Below, piece after piece: positions 12,599-25,600 of a stretch of 64,000 nucleotides of DNA. Under the pieces are notes generated by a model. It searched no databases and was not told the DNA's origin. It saw only the letters and a list, made by a program, of their open reading frames with translations. The stretch is taken from contig QPMI01000414.1 in NCBI GenBank assembly GCA_004431415.1, positions 113,257 to 177,256 on the forward strand, written 5' to 3'. A program made the position numbers and the translations under genes. Source of the stretch: Cyanophora paradoxa CCMP329 (Eukaryota > Plantae > Glaucophyta). Position 1 is the stretch's first letter. Each line of letters starts with the position of its first letter.

Positions 12599-15500
12599 TC
12601 AGCCTTCCCATGGCCAGCTGTAGGGCGGGCGCCCCGCGAACATCGCCTCGAGCGCCGCCCTTCTGGCCTCGTCGAGCTGCGGGTTGTAGCGCACCCGCAC
12701 AGCGACCTCGGGGCGGAGGCCCCGCAGGACCTGCCGGGCCGTCGGGCTTAAGGGGGGGCGGAGCGGCGCGGCGAAGGGACGGCCGGGCACCTCGAAGGGC
12801 CGGAGGAGGGGGGAGCCGGGGTCGACGCATGGCGAGACGGTGACCTGGAGGCGGCGGAGGGCGGGGAGGGCGAGGAGCGCCGCAGCCTCCGACTCGGCCA
12901 GCGGCCGCTCGGCGTCGAAGAGTAGGCGAAGGTCGACGAGGGCGCGCCGCGCGCCGTCGCCCGAGAGGAGCGCGACGACGTCCTCGGGGCTCGTGTTCAC
13001 GCCTGAGAGAAGGTCGCTTGGAGTCCGGGGGGCGAGCGAGCGCGCAGATCGAATTAAATTCGAACTCACAGATCATCTCCAGGTCGAGCCTCGCCAGGCG
13101 GGGCTGGCCGGACAGCGCCTCGCCGAGGGCCCAAAGGACCGCCGCGGCCCGCCCGTCGCTGGTCGGCCGCCTCGCGTCGAAGAGCACGCCCGCTTCCCAG
13201 AGGCCCGCGAGGCGGGGTGGGGCCGAGAGTGCCCCCACGGCGAGCTCCACGTGTGCGGGCTCGAGCTGCGCGAATCGCGGGTCGATGTCAGCGCGGCAGG
13301 CTAGCCGAGGCCGCAATGGGAGTCGCGGGGGCTACGAGACGCACCCTGAGCGACCCGAAGCGCTCGATTCGGCACGCGAGCGAGGGCCACGAGGCATTCG
13401 TCGAACAGGTGGCGGGGGCCCAAGGCGGCGGGGCAGAACAGAAGGGGGACGGGGCGAGGGGATGCGAACGAGCGGCAAGGGCCGGGGGCTTCCGTGCTCC
13501 TCGAGCCCCGTGCCCCTGGCTGGGGACGGAGGGGGCAGAAAGGAGGGCGGCGGAGGAGCACGAGAATGGATGCGGGGGGGGGAGGGGGGAGGGGGGAGGG
13601 GGGGAGGGGGGGCGGAGGGGAGGGGCGGGGGGGGGAGGGGGGAGGGGAGGGGCGGGGGGGGGGGGGGGGGGCGAGACCGGGGCCTGAGAGCCGCAAAGCG
13701 GGCCGGGGCGGGGCAAAGAGAGCGAGGCGCGAGGCGAGGCGTGGGGAGAGCCGCGGGGTGGGGCGGACAGGGCGAGGGCAAGGGGCAAGGAGGGGGCGCG
13801 GACGAGGGCGAATCGGGTAGAAGGGAGGGGCCGGAGGCGCGAAACCGGTCACCCCTCGAACGGCGGGCGCCCCGCGAACATCTTCCTGGTCGCCACGTCG
13901 AGCTTCGGGTCGGCGTGGCGCACCCCGACGGCGACCTCGGGGCGGAGGCCTCGGAGGATCTGGCGGATCCGGAGGACACGGTCGGGGCAGGGCGGAAAGG
14001 CCTAGGGCGGGGGGGGGGGGGGGGGGAGGGGGGGCGTGCGGGCGTGCGGGCACCTCGAAGGGGCGGATGCGAAAGGAGGGGGAGCCGTGGGCACAACAGG
14101 AGACCAAACGAAGGCGACGGAGGGCCGGCAGCGCCACGATCGCCTCGGCCTCGGCCTCCGCCAGGGACCGATCGGCGGCGGCGAAGTAGAGGGAGAGGTC
14201 CGCGAGGGCGCGCCGCGCGCCGTCGCTCGCGAGGAGGTAGGCGACGTCCTCGGGGCTCGCCTGCACGCCTAGCACGCTCCGCGCGCCCCGCGGCGCGCCT
14301 GCGCGCGCACCCGGCAATCACAATCAGCGGAGGGGGCTCTGGGCTCGAGGTGCGGGCACGCGCGGGCGGCGCCGGCTCACAGGTCATTTGAAGATCGAGC
14401 TTCTCCAAACGTGGCAGGCCGGAAAGGGCATCGGCCAGGGCCCGGAGGACCGCCGAAGCTCGCTCGGGAGGGGACCGTACAAACCCTGAGATATCTACGC
14501 GCATTTCGCGCAGGCTCGCGATTCGGCCCAGCGCCAACACGCCCTCCATGGCCTGCTCCACATCCAGAGAACCAAGCTGCAGCAGAGTCGACGTCAGCGC
14601 GGCGAGCTTATGACACGAGAGTAGCTCCGCGGCGCACCGCGAGGGACCCAAAGCGCTCGAGATTCGGCATGCGAGCGAGGGCGATGAGGGCGGTTGGGGG
14701 TAGCTCAGGCGTAGCATAGCAGACGCCAGAAGAAGACCGCCGCGCGAGCTCGGCCGCCCTGCATTTCATCAATATTTAATATTAATTGTCCTCGGCAAGG
14801 ACGTCCAAATGCGCGGAAGGCGCAGAGTTGGGAGGCGCACTTGCACATGCTCATCGTGTGGCCTTGGTTGAAGGCGATGCTCCTGAGGCTCCTGCCCGCC
14901 GGGCCGTCCGCGAGCGCCGCAAGACCGGCGGCGACCTTGCACATGCGGCCTGGACAGACGCCATAGAGGGCAAGCTCCTGCAGGTGGGCCAGGGGCGCGA
15001 GGGCCGCCAGCACCGCCGGCGTCGACGTTGCGATTGGCGAGGCGCTTGAGCTGAGCCCGAGTCTGACAGAGCGGAGAAAGGGGCAGGCGGCGGCGATGGC
15101 CGCTGCTACATGGGGAGAGATGCCCTCGTCAAGTCCGCTGAAGTGAAATGCCAGCGACCGCAGCGCGCCGAACGGGGCGAGGGCGGCCTGCAGCTCCGGG
15201 GCCCGGGGCCACGGCAGCCAGGTTCTATTGCCGATGTCGCGACTTAGAAATCGATCGAAATCGCGACTGAAACTGAAGCTGACGCTGAGGCTCTCCAGAG
15301 CGCTGGCCGCCCCCTCCGGCGGCCGAAGCGCCCGCAGCACGCCGAGCAGATAGGCGCTGAGGAAGTCCATTTCGCTGTCGTCGAATCGCAGAAGCTCGAC
15401 GGTGACCTCGCGAAGCTGGGCTGGGCCGCTGTTCCTGCATGCGATGGCTGCGAGGAGCCCGCAAGCCGCATTGGCTACGAGCCGGTGACTCCGCCTTAAG

Positions 15501-16072
15501 CTTACAAAAGCTGTGTGGTCGTCGACGGGCTCTTGGTTGGAAAGCGCGGGCACTGGGAGCTCGCCCTGCAGCGAAACGCTGGCGCTGCCAAGCCGGACCC
15601 TCCTGCTCTCGAACAGCTGCATCAATTGGCTGTACGACTGCTCGCCGCCTCCCTCCGTCCCGGGTTCGGCCTTGCGCCTCTTGACCAACCGGCTGCGCGC
15701 TGTGTCGCTGGACCAGTCTGCCGCTTTCCCGCCGCTGATGCGCAGATCGACGTCGGCCCACTCCGTCTCCTCGATGGCCCGCCGCCACCGCCTGCAATCC
15801 GCGCGTTTTCGAGAATTCAGGAATCTCAGCCACCGGGCCGTGAGGGCTCGAAGCGCGGGCGATGCGGCCGCGGACCTGCAAACGCGGCGAAGGGGCCAGC
15901 TCGCCTGCAGCCCGAGAGCCTTAAAGACATCGCCCAGCAAAGCGTCCGGCAGCGCATCGACCAGCGCCGCTGCTTGCGCATGCGGAGGCGCGGCTGAAGC
16001 TGGTGCTGGCGACTCTTCGACTCGCGCCCGCTTCGAATTCTGCCGATTCTCTACCTTTCCCGACCTCGGCAT
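12599..16072 (-). CDS. Host F-box / LRR-like protein with tandemly duplicated C-terminal module (or two adjacent paralogues)
   Basis: LVDALPDALLGDVFKALGLQASWPLRRVCR...RWR; LESLSV, LRSLAF, LRSVRL repeats; two similar blocks SPEDV..LL..DGARRAL.DL.L.F at about 14200 and about 12950. Confidence 0.65.
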
Positions 16073-16677
16073 GGCACATCTGATGGGATGCGCTCGCGGT
16101 CAGCTCGCGCAGCGAAAGTCATGCACGCGAGCGCACCTAGGCCTCCCGCACCTCGCGCTCGTCGCTGGGTGCTGCTTACAGCCTGCTGCAGGCGACTTGT
16201 GACCGCTGCCCCGACTAGTTCCCCCTCGCGCCGGCGTACACTGAAATTCGAATCGAAGTTGCCCTGTAGAGTGAAGGGAGCTGCTTACCCCGATGAATGG
16301 AGCGCTGCATATGCATGGATCAGCTTGAAGATAGGATCGCACATACCCGCTCGTTCGCTCCTGCCCCACCCGCGGCTCCTGCGATTGCGCCCTCCCTGGC
16401 ACGCTTTCCATGTTTACATTCCGCTGCGTACGCCTCGCCGCTTCGGCTGGATCTTCTCAGCTCTGCGCTCGGCAACAGCTTGCTTCGACCAGAGCGGCAG
16501 CACCGCCTTGGAGACGTCGGCCGCGCTCCGCACGCAGCCAGCGATGATGTCGTCCCGTGCGTTGCAGCCATCAGCGCGTGTTGCCATTCAGCCGCATCGC
16601 TGACCTGGTTCGCGCGAGCAGGCGCGGCGGCCTACTTGCCCGCGGACGACGGGATCGCCGCCAGGCCCGCCGCCGCG

Positions 16678-19600
16678 ATGGAGGAAACCGCTCTGACAGG
16701 CTGGGAGGCCCAGCCAAGCGGCGCGACTCTCGCTTCGCCGCCACGCGCCGCCTCCGCTAAGCACCCGCGCGCAGCCCTCTCGCAATCCGCGGACCGCGCC
16801 GCACGGGAGGCGGGACTCACCTCGACGCGTCCTGGCCTCATCTCGCACCGCCACAGCATCGGCGAGCTCCCCCCGCCGCGCCTTGAGCTCGAACCTGCCC
16901 GCCGCCGCGGCTGACACACGCGCGGGCGCGCAGGGGCGGCCTCCGTCGCCTCGGGGCGCTCAGGGCGCACGGACACAACTGCCCTCGCCGACGCGGAGCA
17001 GATGAAGAACCGCCGAACGGAGGACGCCGTGCCCGCCTTTCCTGTCCTCGAAACCCGCGCCCGCGCCGCCGCGTCTCACGCCTCCGCCCTCACCCTCGCC
17101 CCGCCCCGCAGCTCTTCTCCGTCCTGGTGCCTAACTTTCCGCCCCTATTAACGTCCCCCGCGCTCCAAAAGTTCTGCCGCTAAGTCCAGATCCCGCCGCG
17201 CAGTACGTCATGGCTGAGAAGGCGAACGCAAGCACAAGCAGGCGGCCCCCCAAGAGGCGAGCACGTGCCCCCCGCTGCCCATGAGCTCTCACCCATTGCC
17301 GATTTCTCTGAACTCTGTACCCTTTGCAGGTGGAAGCGCGTGCTCTCGTACGGGTTTTTCTCCCTCCTGGACTGGATCCAGGTGCCTGAATCCAGTCTGC
17401 GAGTCTCGTACCCCCCCTGATACCCTTTTTTTTTTGAAGTTTGTGGTGTCATTCCTTACATGCACACCATCCCACCGTCCGTCACACCACCGGCACGAGG
17501 GTACTCTACTACTGTGAGCGGGGTACGTCGTAGTCCAACTAACTATGTGTCCGGTCTTGCCGAGCCAGTTCTCCCAGAGCTGATTGTACCCTTCAGACAT
17601 AATCCTCCGGAGCCTCCAATGGGGCCGCAGCTGAAGATGCGTGTGTCCACAGTCGTGAGTCTTCGGCATGATGTCACCCAGTTGCACGGTCCTAGTTGCT
17701 TGCTTGATGGCTCCTACGCTTGGCCGTGTTGGGACCAGGAGCTCGGTACCCCTCGCGGGGCCCGAGGTCGGGGTTTCTCCGGGATTTGAAGCGGGTTCGG
17801 TTGTTCCGGTCCGGATTCGAACCGGGGTCCTCTGAGCAGTAAGGCCGACACCTTAACCGCTCGACTATGCCTCCCCCGTACCCCCCCTTGATACCCCCCT
17901 CCCAGGTCCTGGGCCTTGCCGTCGCGATCGGCGACAGCTGGATCCCCGAGATCCGCGATGCCCTCGTCGGCGAGTGTACCCCCCCCCCGAGCATTCCTTT
18001 CCTGTACCCCTGACCGGGGCCCGCCCGCAGCCGTCCTCTCCGTCTACGCCCCCCTCACCTCCAGCCTGGCGCGCCCACCCCTCTCTCTCCCCGCTCCCGT
18101 ACCCCGATCTGACGCACCATATCGCGTACCCCCCAGGCGGTGTTCTACGTGTCGTACTGGGTGACGGCGCTGGCGGTGGCGGGGGCGCTGGGGCTCTCGC
18201 TCCACGTGGGGTGGACTTTCCGGCGGGGCCGGGTGAGCCCGATCCTCTGCGTCCGGGCCCTCCGCGTGCTCGTCTCCTTCCTCGTCAAGTCCCTCTACGT
18301 CACCGCCACCGTGCGCCCTGCACCCTCTCTCGAGCCTTAAGCGTTTGCTGAGCCTTGAGCGTTTACTGAGCCTCCAGCTCCTACTGAGCCTCAAGCGTTA
18401 ACTAGGTCTTAAGCGTTTGCTGGGCCTTGAGCGTTTGCTGAGCCTTGAGCGTCTTCCTTCAGAAAATGCTCCTGACGCCGGTGACGTGCGGGGAGCCGGT
18501 CTCGTGCGCCCCGGGCGTCTGGATCCCCCACCTGGTCGTCTCCGTCACCCTCCTCGCCCTCTTCGTACCCTACGCGTGCGGCCCCCCCCCCCCCCCCCCC
18601 CCCAATCCCCCTTCCTTCCTTCCAGCCTACCAGCCTTCCAGCTAGCTAGGGGAGGGCGGCGCGGCAGCTTTCCCTAGCTAGCTAGATCGCCGCCCTATCT
18701 TCTTTCCCCTCCTGGCCGAGGTCCATTGAATCATGCTAACAAAGCCCGCCCGTGCCGGCGCCGGCCGGGGCAGGTTCATGCTGGCGCTGGTGAACGTGGA
18801 CACGAGCCCGCGCTCGCCGGGGCTCGAGGCGCGCCCGCACGGCTACGCCGACCTCGGCTACAACGTCATGGAGGCGGGGCTCGTCCTCACGGTCCGCCCC
18901 CGCCCCGCCCCGTCTTAGCTAGCGCGCCGTCCGATCGGCTTAGATGGGGCGCTGCCCGGCCTCGCTCGCGATTGCCCTACGTATACGCGGCCGCTGCCTC
19001 AGGGACGGCAGACGATAGACTGACTCGGCGCGCAGGTGCAGTTCGCGTCGGGCTCTCCGGCGGCGGCCCACGCGCTCCTCTTCCTCCTCCTCGGCGCCCA
19101 CGCCGCCGCACTCGTCCTCCTCCAGGCGAGCGAGCGCGCGCTCGCTCAGGCTCACCTGATCTCACCCCTGAGCTCACCTCAGCCGTACTACCGGCCGCGG
19201 GTGAACGCGTACCGGAGCGGCCTGGCCGCCTCCGCCTCGTTCTTCGGCCTCGCCTCGCTCTGCCTCGGCTTCGTCCGGGCCGCCGACGAGGACGGCGAAG
19301 CCGGCCATGGCCACGTGGCGAAGCTGGCGGCCTCGGTCGCCGCCGTCGCGCTGCTGCCGGCCGCGTACTACCTCGGCTACCGCCTCTCCCGTGCGCGAGG
19401 CCTCGCCTCTTCCTAGCATCGATCCGCGCTGAGAGGCACGCAGTGCTTCGCCTGCGGCGGCTGGTGGCGCGGCACCGGCGGCCCGAGGCCGGGGCCGGGG
19501 CCGGGGCCGGGGCCGACTGCACGGAGGCGATGCTGACGGGGCGGTCGGGGGAGGACGCGGAGGCGGAGGAGGCGGCGGCGCGGGACGCGGCGCACGCCGC

Positions 19601-22600
19601 CGCCCCGCGCTTCCTCACCGACACCGACGTCGAGGTGGTGCGCCCGCCCGCGCGCCCGGCCCCGCCCCGCCATGCCCGCCCGGCCATGCCTTCATCATAC
19701 AAAGTCTCGACTTCTCATGAAGTCTATAGTCTATCATACAAAGTCTCGACTTCTCATGAAGTCTATAGTCTCGGGCTGTCCGTCGCCGGCTCCGGACTCC
19801 AGTCTAATCCTGCCCCCCCGCCCCGCCCCGCCCCGCCCCGCCTGCCCGGCCCGGCCTGCCCAGCCCCGCTCCCCCCGGGCGCCGGCTCCGGACTCCAGTC
19901 TAATCCTCCCGCCCGCCAGGCGACGCGGTTTCTGCGGGACTCGAAGGCCCCGACCGCGCGGGAGCTGGACGAGGCGGCGCGCATCTTCGCGCAGGGCATG
20001 CGCCAGTTCCCCGACTCCAGCTTCGTCCAGGCGCGCGAAAGACAGCTCTCCCCGACAGTCCCCGCCTCTCTAAGCGCCGCGCGCGCGCGCAGCTCTGCTA
20101 CGCGCAGTTCGTGATCGCGTACCGGGGGGACGTCCCCGCCGGCCTCCTCGAGCTCAAGCGCGGTGCGAACGAAGCGGGGCCCCGCCCGGCCGCTTGCTAG
20201 CCCAAGCTTACGTCGCTTTCGCGGCGGCCGGCAGCGTGGGGCAAGGAGCCCCGCGTCGACGTCCGCTTTCGCCTCTCCAGGCGCCCCCGCCCGCCCGCAC
20301 GCCCGCCCCGCAAACAGCGGCCCCGCCCGCCCGCCCGTCTGACGCGGCCCCGGGCCCCCCGCGCAGCCTGCGGCGCGAGTACGAGCAGGCGAACCGGAGC
20401 GCGACGCTCGGCGAGGGCCACATGAACTTTGTCCAGGCCCGCCCCGCCCCGCCCCGCCCCGCCCCGCTCCGCTCCCTTCCCCGGCCCTAGGCCTGGATCT
20501 AGATCTATATGTAGAGATGACAGCCTCTCCTGGAGCTGGCTTCCTAATCGAGCTCCCCTCCCCGGCCCTAGGGCCAGAGCCGACGGACAGACTTTCCCGG
20601 AGCTGACGGTCTTGAACTCGCAGGTGCTGGAGTTCAAGAAGCTGTACGGGGAGGCCCAGACGCACCACAGTGCGCCCGAGCCCGCCGAGCGCCGGCGCCG
20701 ATGCCGGCGCCCCTCCTGATCGCGTCTCGCGCGCAGACGAGTCGATCGGGCTGCTGCGGCGCTTCTGGAAGAAGCTGGCGAAGATGTCGCAGCTGAGCGC
20801 CGCGGCCCTCGGGCAGGTCCCGTCCCAGCTCGACGAGATCTCCCGCGCCAAGGCCGCCGCCGCCGCCGCCTACACCATCCTCGCCAAGAAGGCGCGCCGC
20901 CCGAAGCGCCCCAGAGGCTTTCGAGCGCCGCTGACCCCAGCGCAGTTTCCCAACTCGAAGGCGCTGCTGCGGTCGTACGGGGCGTTCCTGGCGGACATCG
21001 CGAACCAGGCCGACGCCGCCGCCGTCCACTTCCAGCGCGCCGACGAGATCGAGGAGCGCGAGGCCGCCGAGGCCCGCGGCGCCAAGGCCGGCGGCGCGGG
21101 CGGCGGGGGTGGGACCGGGGCCGGGGCCGGCGGGAGCGACAACCTGTCGAGCTCGCTGGGGACGAGCTCGGCGGGGGAGAGCTCCAAGGCGTCCTCGGCG
21201 CAGGCCGCCGCCCGCAAGAAGCGCCTCGCCAAGACCGAGCTCCAGCTCGCCCGCGTGCGCAGTCCATTCGATTGGCGATCTTCGACGCGCGCTAAACGGC
21301 ATCGTTCTATCGAAACGCAGCGGGAGGCGGCGGCGGTGACGCGGCTGTACTACGGGATCGTGCTGGGCCTGCTCGCCGTCGTCGCCATCTCCGTCGTTAC
21401 CTACCTCGTCATCACCGGCCTCTTCGACAGGCGAGCCGCCTCGCGCCGCCGCGCGAGCCGGCGGACCGATTCCATCTTACATCGCTGCCATCGCTCACTT
21501 GCTCACTCGCTCGCGCGCGATCGACGCCAGCTACTACGACTGCATCCAGCGGTCCCGCGCGATCGCACGCGTCCGCAAGCTCGTCGCAGACGTCCTGTGA
21601 GCCCGCCCGCCATCGCGCGCGCGCGGCGCGCGGCTCCGGCGGCGCCTTCGGCTGAGGCTCGCCCGTCAGGTTCTTCGCGCGGGGCATGCAGCAGGCGGTG
21701 GAGTACGACGGCGGGGCCAAGGCGACGGCGGAGGCGCGCAAGGCGCTGCAGGACGCCGTGGAGGGAATGATGGACCGCGCCCGCGGCCTCTACCTCCCCT
21801 ACCTCACCGAGATCCCCTCCAGGCGCGCCCGCCCGCCCGCCCCGCCGCCCTGCGCTCGCCGCTTTTTGACTTGACGCGCAGCTCGGACGCGGCGGTCGTG
21901 AGGAACTGGGACAAGGTCCTGTACCCCATGTACATGTTCTACTACACGACGGTCCGTCCGCTCGCGATCGCGTCCGCGCCGCCGCCCCGCCGCCCGCGCG
22001 AGCTGCCCGCCCCGCCCCGCCCGCCGCCGCCTCGCCCACCAGTACTCTGCGGCAGGAATTCGGCGAGCGCTGGGTCCGCAAGGAGCTCAACGTCTGGGAC
22101 TGTGCGCCGCGCCAGCCGACGCCAGCGCTTCCGCCTGACGCCGCCTCGGACCCGGGCAGCGCTGAACGAGCTGGCCCTCGGCGCGATGGTGCGCCGGCGC
22201 TCAACTCATCGGCCCCGAGCCGACTTGGCCGATCATGGAGTCTGACGCCCGGGCGCCGCAGAAGCTGGGCGAGTCCGCGGCCAAGGCGACCGCCGCCCCC
22301 TACCAGAACCTCACGTCCTCGGTGCGCCCCTCGCGCCGTCCCTGGCTCGCCGCGTGCACGTGCCGCGCTCGGCGAGCCAGCCCGGCGGGGCGCCCGCAGA
22401 TCAGCGCGCAGCCGAGCGGCCGGTACTTGGCACCCAACGACTTTAATCGGTACCGGTGCGGACCGCCGCTCGCCCCGCCTGCGCTCGAAGCGTCCGTTTC
22501 CGAGCCTTCCCTCGCAGGTACATCATGCGGAACGGTGCGCGAGCGAGGCGCCGCCCCGGCCCGCCCCGTCGCGCGGGCCCACGCTCGGCGTGCGCGCGCG

Positions 22601-25600
22601 CGCGCAGGGCCGGCGAGCATCATGGAAGGGACCTGGCAGCTGGTCCTCGCCTACAACGACGAGGCGCGCTCTCTAAGCCACCTGGCCAACTGCAGCTAAT
22701 CAACTCGGTCTCAACTCGCGCCCGCAGGTGTCGCGGCTGTCGAGCGACTCGAAGGCAAAGCTGGGGGCGCTCGTCGGCGTCCTCGTCGGCCTCCTCGCCT
22801 TCCTCGCCCTCGGCGTCTTCCGCCCCGCCTTCCGCCAGGTCGCAAAGGCGCGCCTTTAATTTGAGCTCTGCGCAGCCCCGCCCCGCTGTGCTGTGCTCGC
22901 CGCCCTGAAGATTAGGGCGCCCTCAGACGTCGCGGGGCGTGACGGACATCATCTCGAACCTGCCCCGCGTCTGTGCGCTGCTTCTTCTTTGATCCGACCA
23001 GAGCCCCATCTGCTCACTCGCTTCGCAGACCTGAAGCAGATCGCGCGGAAGTACGCCAAGGCGCGGCGGGCCGACGCCGACTTCTCGTCCCAGGACGAGG
23101 GCGAGGGCGAGGGCGAGGGCGAGGGCGAGGACAGCTCCAGCGACGACGGGAAGAAGAAGAAGGGGCGCAAGGCGAAGGCGAGGATGGCCAAGGGAGGAGG
23201 CGGGGAGGGCGGCCGGCCGCGCAGGCGCGCTGGGCGCGCGCCGCGGGGCGAAGCGGCAGGCCAGAGTGCGCCGCGCCCTCCGCGCGAGCCCGCTCCGCCC
23301 GATGCTCACACGCGCTGCGCAGGCTCGGACCGCGAGGGCCAGACGGACGACTCGGCGTCGAAGGCGGGGGCGAAGGGGCGGGCGGGCGCCTCTGGCAGCG
23401 AGGGCAGCGGTGCGGACGCGGAGCTCGAGCGGCGGCGAAGCCCGGGGTCGGCGGGCAGCGGCGAGGCGGACGGGGACGGGGACGGCGTCGAGGAGATCGC
23501 GTGGGAGGCGCTGGTGCTCGATCCCGAGGGCACTGAGGGCAAGGGCGGGGCGGCCGGGGGCGCGCTCTCCCGAGCCGAGTCGACGCTCTGCCACGACAAC
23601 CTCGAGAAGCTGCAGGCGCGATCGCGACGCGGCCGCCCCCGCGCCTTCCGGCCCATCGCTTACGCCCCGGGGCGCAGGCGCAGCTGGCGTCGACGTCGGT
23701 CTCCGGATCCTCGGCGGCGAGCGAGGCGGACCGCGTGCTGGGCGTAGCCGCGGGGGCCGGGGGCGTCCACGTCCTCTCGCTCCCCCTGGACCTCGACGCG
23801 CCCTCACCGCCCGCCGCGGCCGCAACCAATGTGCAATCGCCGCCTGCCGCTGTCGCCAGCGACATCCTCGTCGGCGAGGTGGGCGCTATCTAGACGCTCT
23901 TTCTGTGCGGATCTTTTTTACACTTAAGCTTCGGCGCGGCGCGCAGGCGGTGGACTTCGACACGGACGTCTTCGGGCGGACCTTCGCGAGCGCGGGCGCC
24001 GATGCGGGCCCCGCGGCCGGGCTCGACGCGGCGCGCGCCCGGCGGGCCTCCATCGGCGGCTCGCTGCCGCCTGCGCCACCGCCGCCGCCGCCGAAGACGA
24101 CAATGACGACGGCGGCGACCAAGGGCGCGGCAGCGCTGCAGGCCTCGGGATCGGGATCCCGCTCGGAGCGGCGCCGCAACTCGGACTCCGAGCGGCGCGT
24201 CTCGATGCCCCGCCGCCCCCGCATCACCGTGTACGGCTCCGTCGGGGGCGACGGCGATGGCGGCGGCGGCGCCGGCGGCGGGCCCGCCGCCATCCCAGAG
24301 ATCGAGCACGTCCGGAAGGGACACCGCTGGCGCGGCGGCAAGGGGTGCGCTCGAGCTCGAGCTCGACACCGCCGAACGGGCTCGGATGAAGCTGACTCGC
24401 GCTGGCTCGCCCGGCAGGGGCCGCGATGCTGAGGACTCGGACGCGGACGCGAGCGGGCGCGAGGGGCGCGCCGCCGGCCCGAAAAAGAAGCCGGCGCCGG
24501 CTCGCCCCGCGCGGCGCCAGGCCTTCCTCTCGCACGCCTCGGCCGCCCTGCGCAAGTGCACTCCTCCGGCGCCCCGACCCGCCTCCTTCCCCCCGCCTTT
24601 CTGAGCCGCGCCGCAGCTCCTTTATCAGTCGAGTCTTCCCTGACGCGCTGGGCCTCGGGGCTGGCGCCGCCGGCGCGGCCACGGCCACGGCCGCGGCGGA
24701 GGAGGACGAGGAGGGCGCAGGAGCCGACCCGCGGCTCGCCCTCAACACCTCCGCCAACGCCGCCGGCGCCGGCGCGGCCGGTGCCGGGGCGGAGCCGGCG
24801 GGCCGCGCGCCCCCCGCCCCCGCCTCGACCGGGTGGTTCGGGCTGCGGAGGCGGCGCGCCGGGAAGAAGGACGCGGGCGAGCAGAAGGAGGGCGGGAATC
24901 CACCGAAAGAAGGAGGCAAGCCCAAGGCGAAGGGGGAGGCGGGCGGGGAGGAGGAGAACGCGACGGCGCGTTTGCTGCGGGCCCTCCAGACGAAGTACCT
25001 CCTCGCCTTCTTCCTCATCGCCGGCATCTCCGCCGCCAACTTCGGTCCGCCCGTCCTCCCCGCCCCGCCCCGCGCCGCTCGCCCCGCCCCGAGCCGCTCT
25101 CTTACGCCGGCGCGCGCCCCTGCAGGGCTCTGCTACACGTTCATCGACCGGGGCTCGAGCTACGGGACGGAGATCACGTGGAGCGCCAAGGAGCGTGCCC
25201 TCGTCCGCGGTCCGCCCCGCCCCCTCCCTTCAGCTTAAGCTTTCAGCCGGGCACATTCTAGACCCGGAATTTAAGCGTAGAGCTGGTTTCCTTTGATTTC
25301 GAATTCCGTTCTGATCCGATCCGATCCGATCGGCGCAGAGCTGGTGTTCTACGCGAACGAGCTCATGCACGGGGACGGCGTCGCGGGCGGGCGGAGCCCC
25401 GTCCTCGCCCTCTTCGCCGCCCGCCTCGAGGAGCTCCGCGCCGTCGAGTACGGGTGCACCGAAAGCAGCGCAGAGCGGAGCAGGGCAGGGCAGGGCTCGC
25501 AATTGCTGGGCCGCGTGCTTCGCTTTTACCTGCATCAAGGCTTTGCTGACGGCTCCGGCCCGCGCCAGGCTCCGCTTCGGGAACGCGAGCATGGGCCTCC

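Noticed and set aside
13560-13680. Long G-runs as a specific G-quadruplex element
   Set aside because: Similar G/C homopolymer runs occur throughout host introns and may be inflated by sequencing error.
17805-17876. Functional tRNA gene
   Set aside because: A and B boxes are present but the acceptor stem does not pair well, and it is followed by a body, poly(A) and TSD; it is a SINE head.
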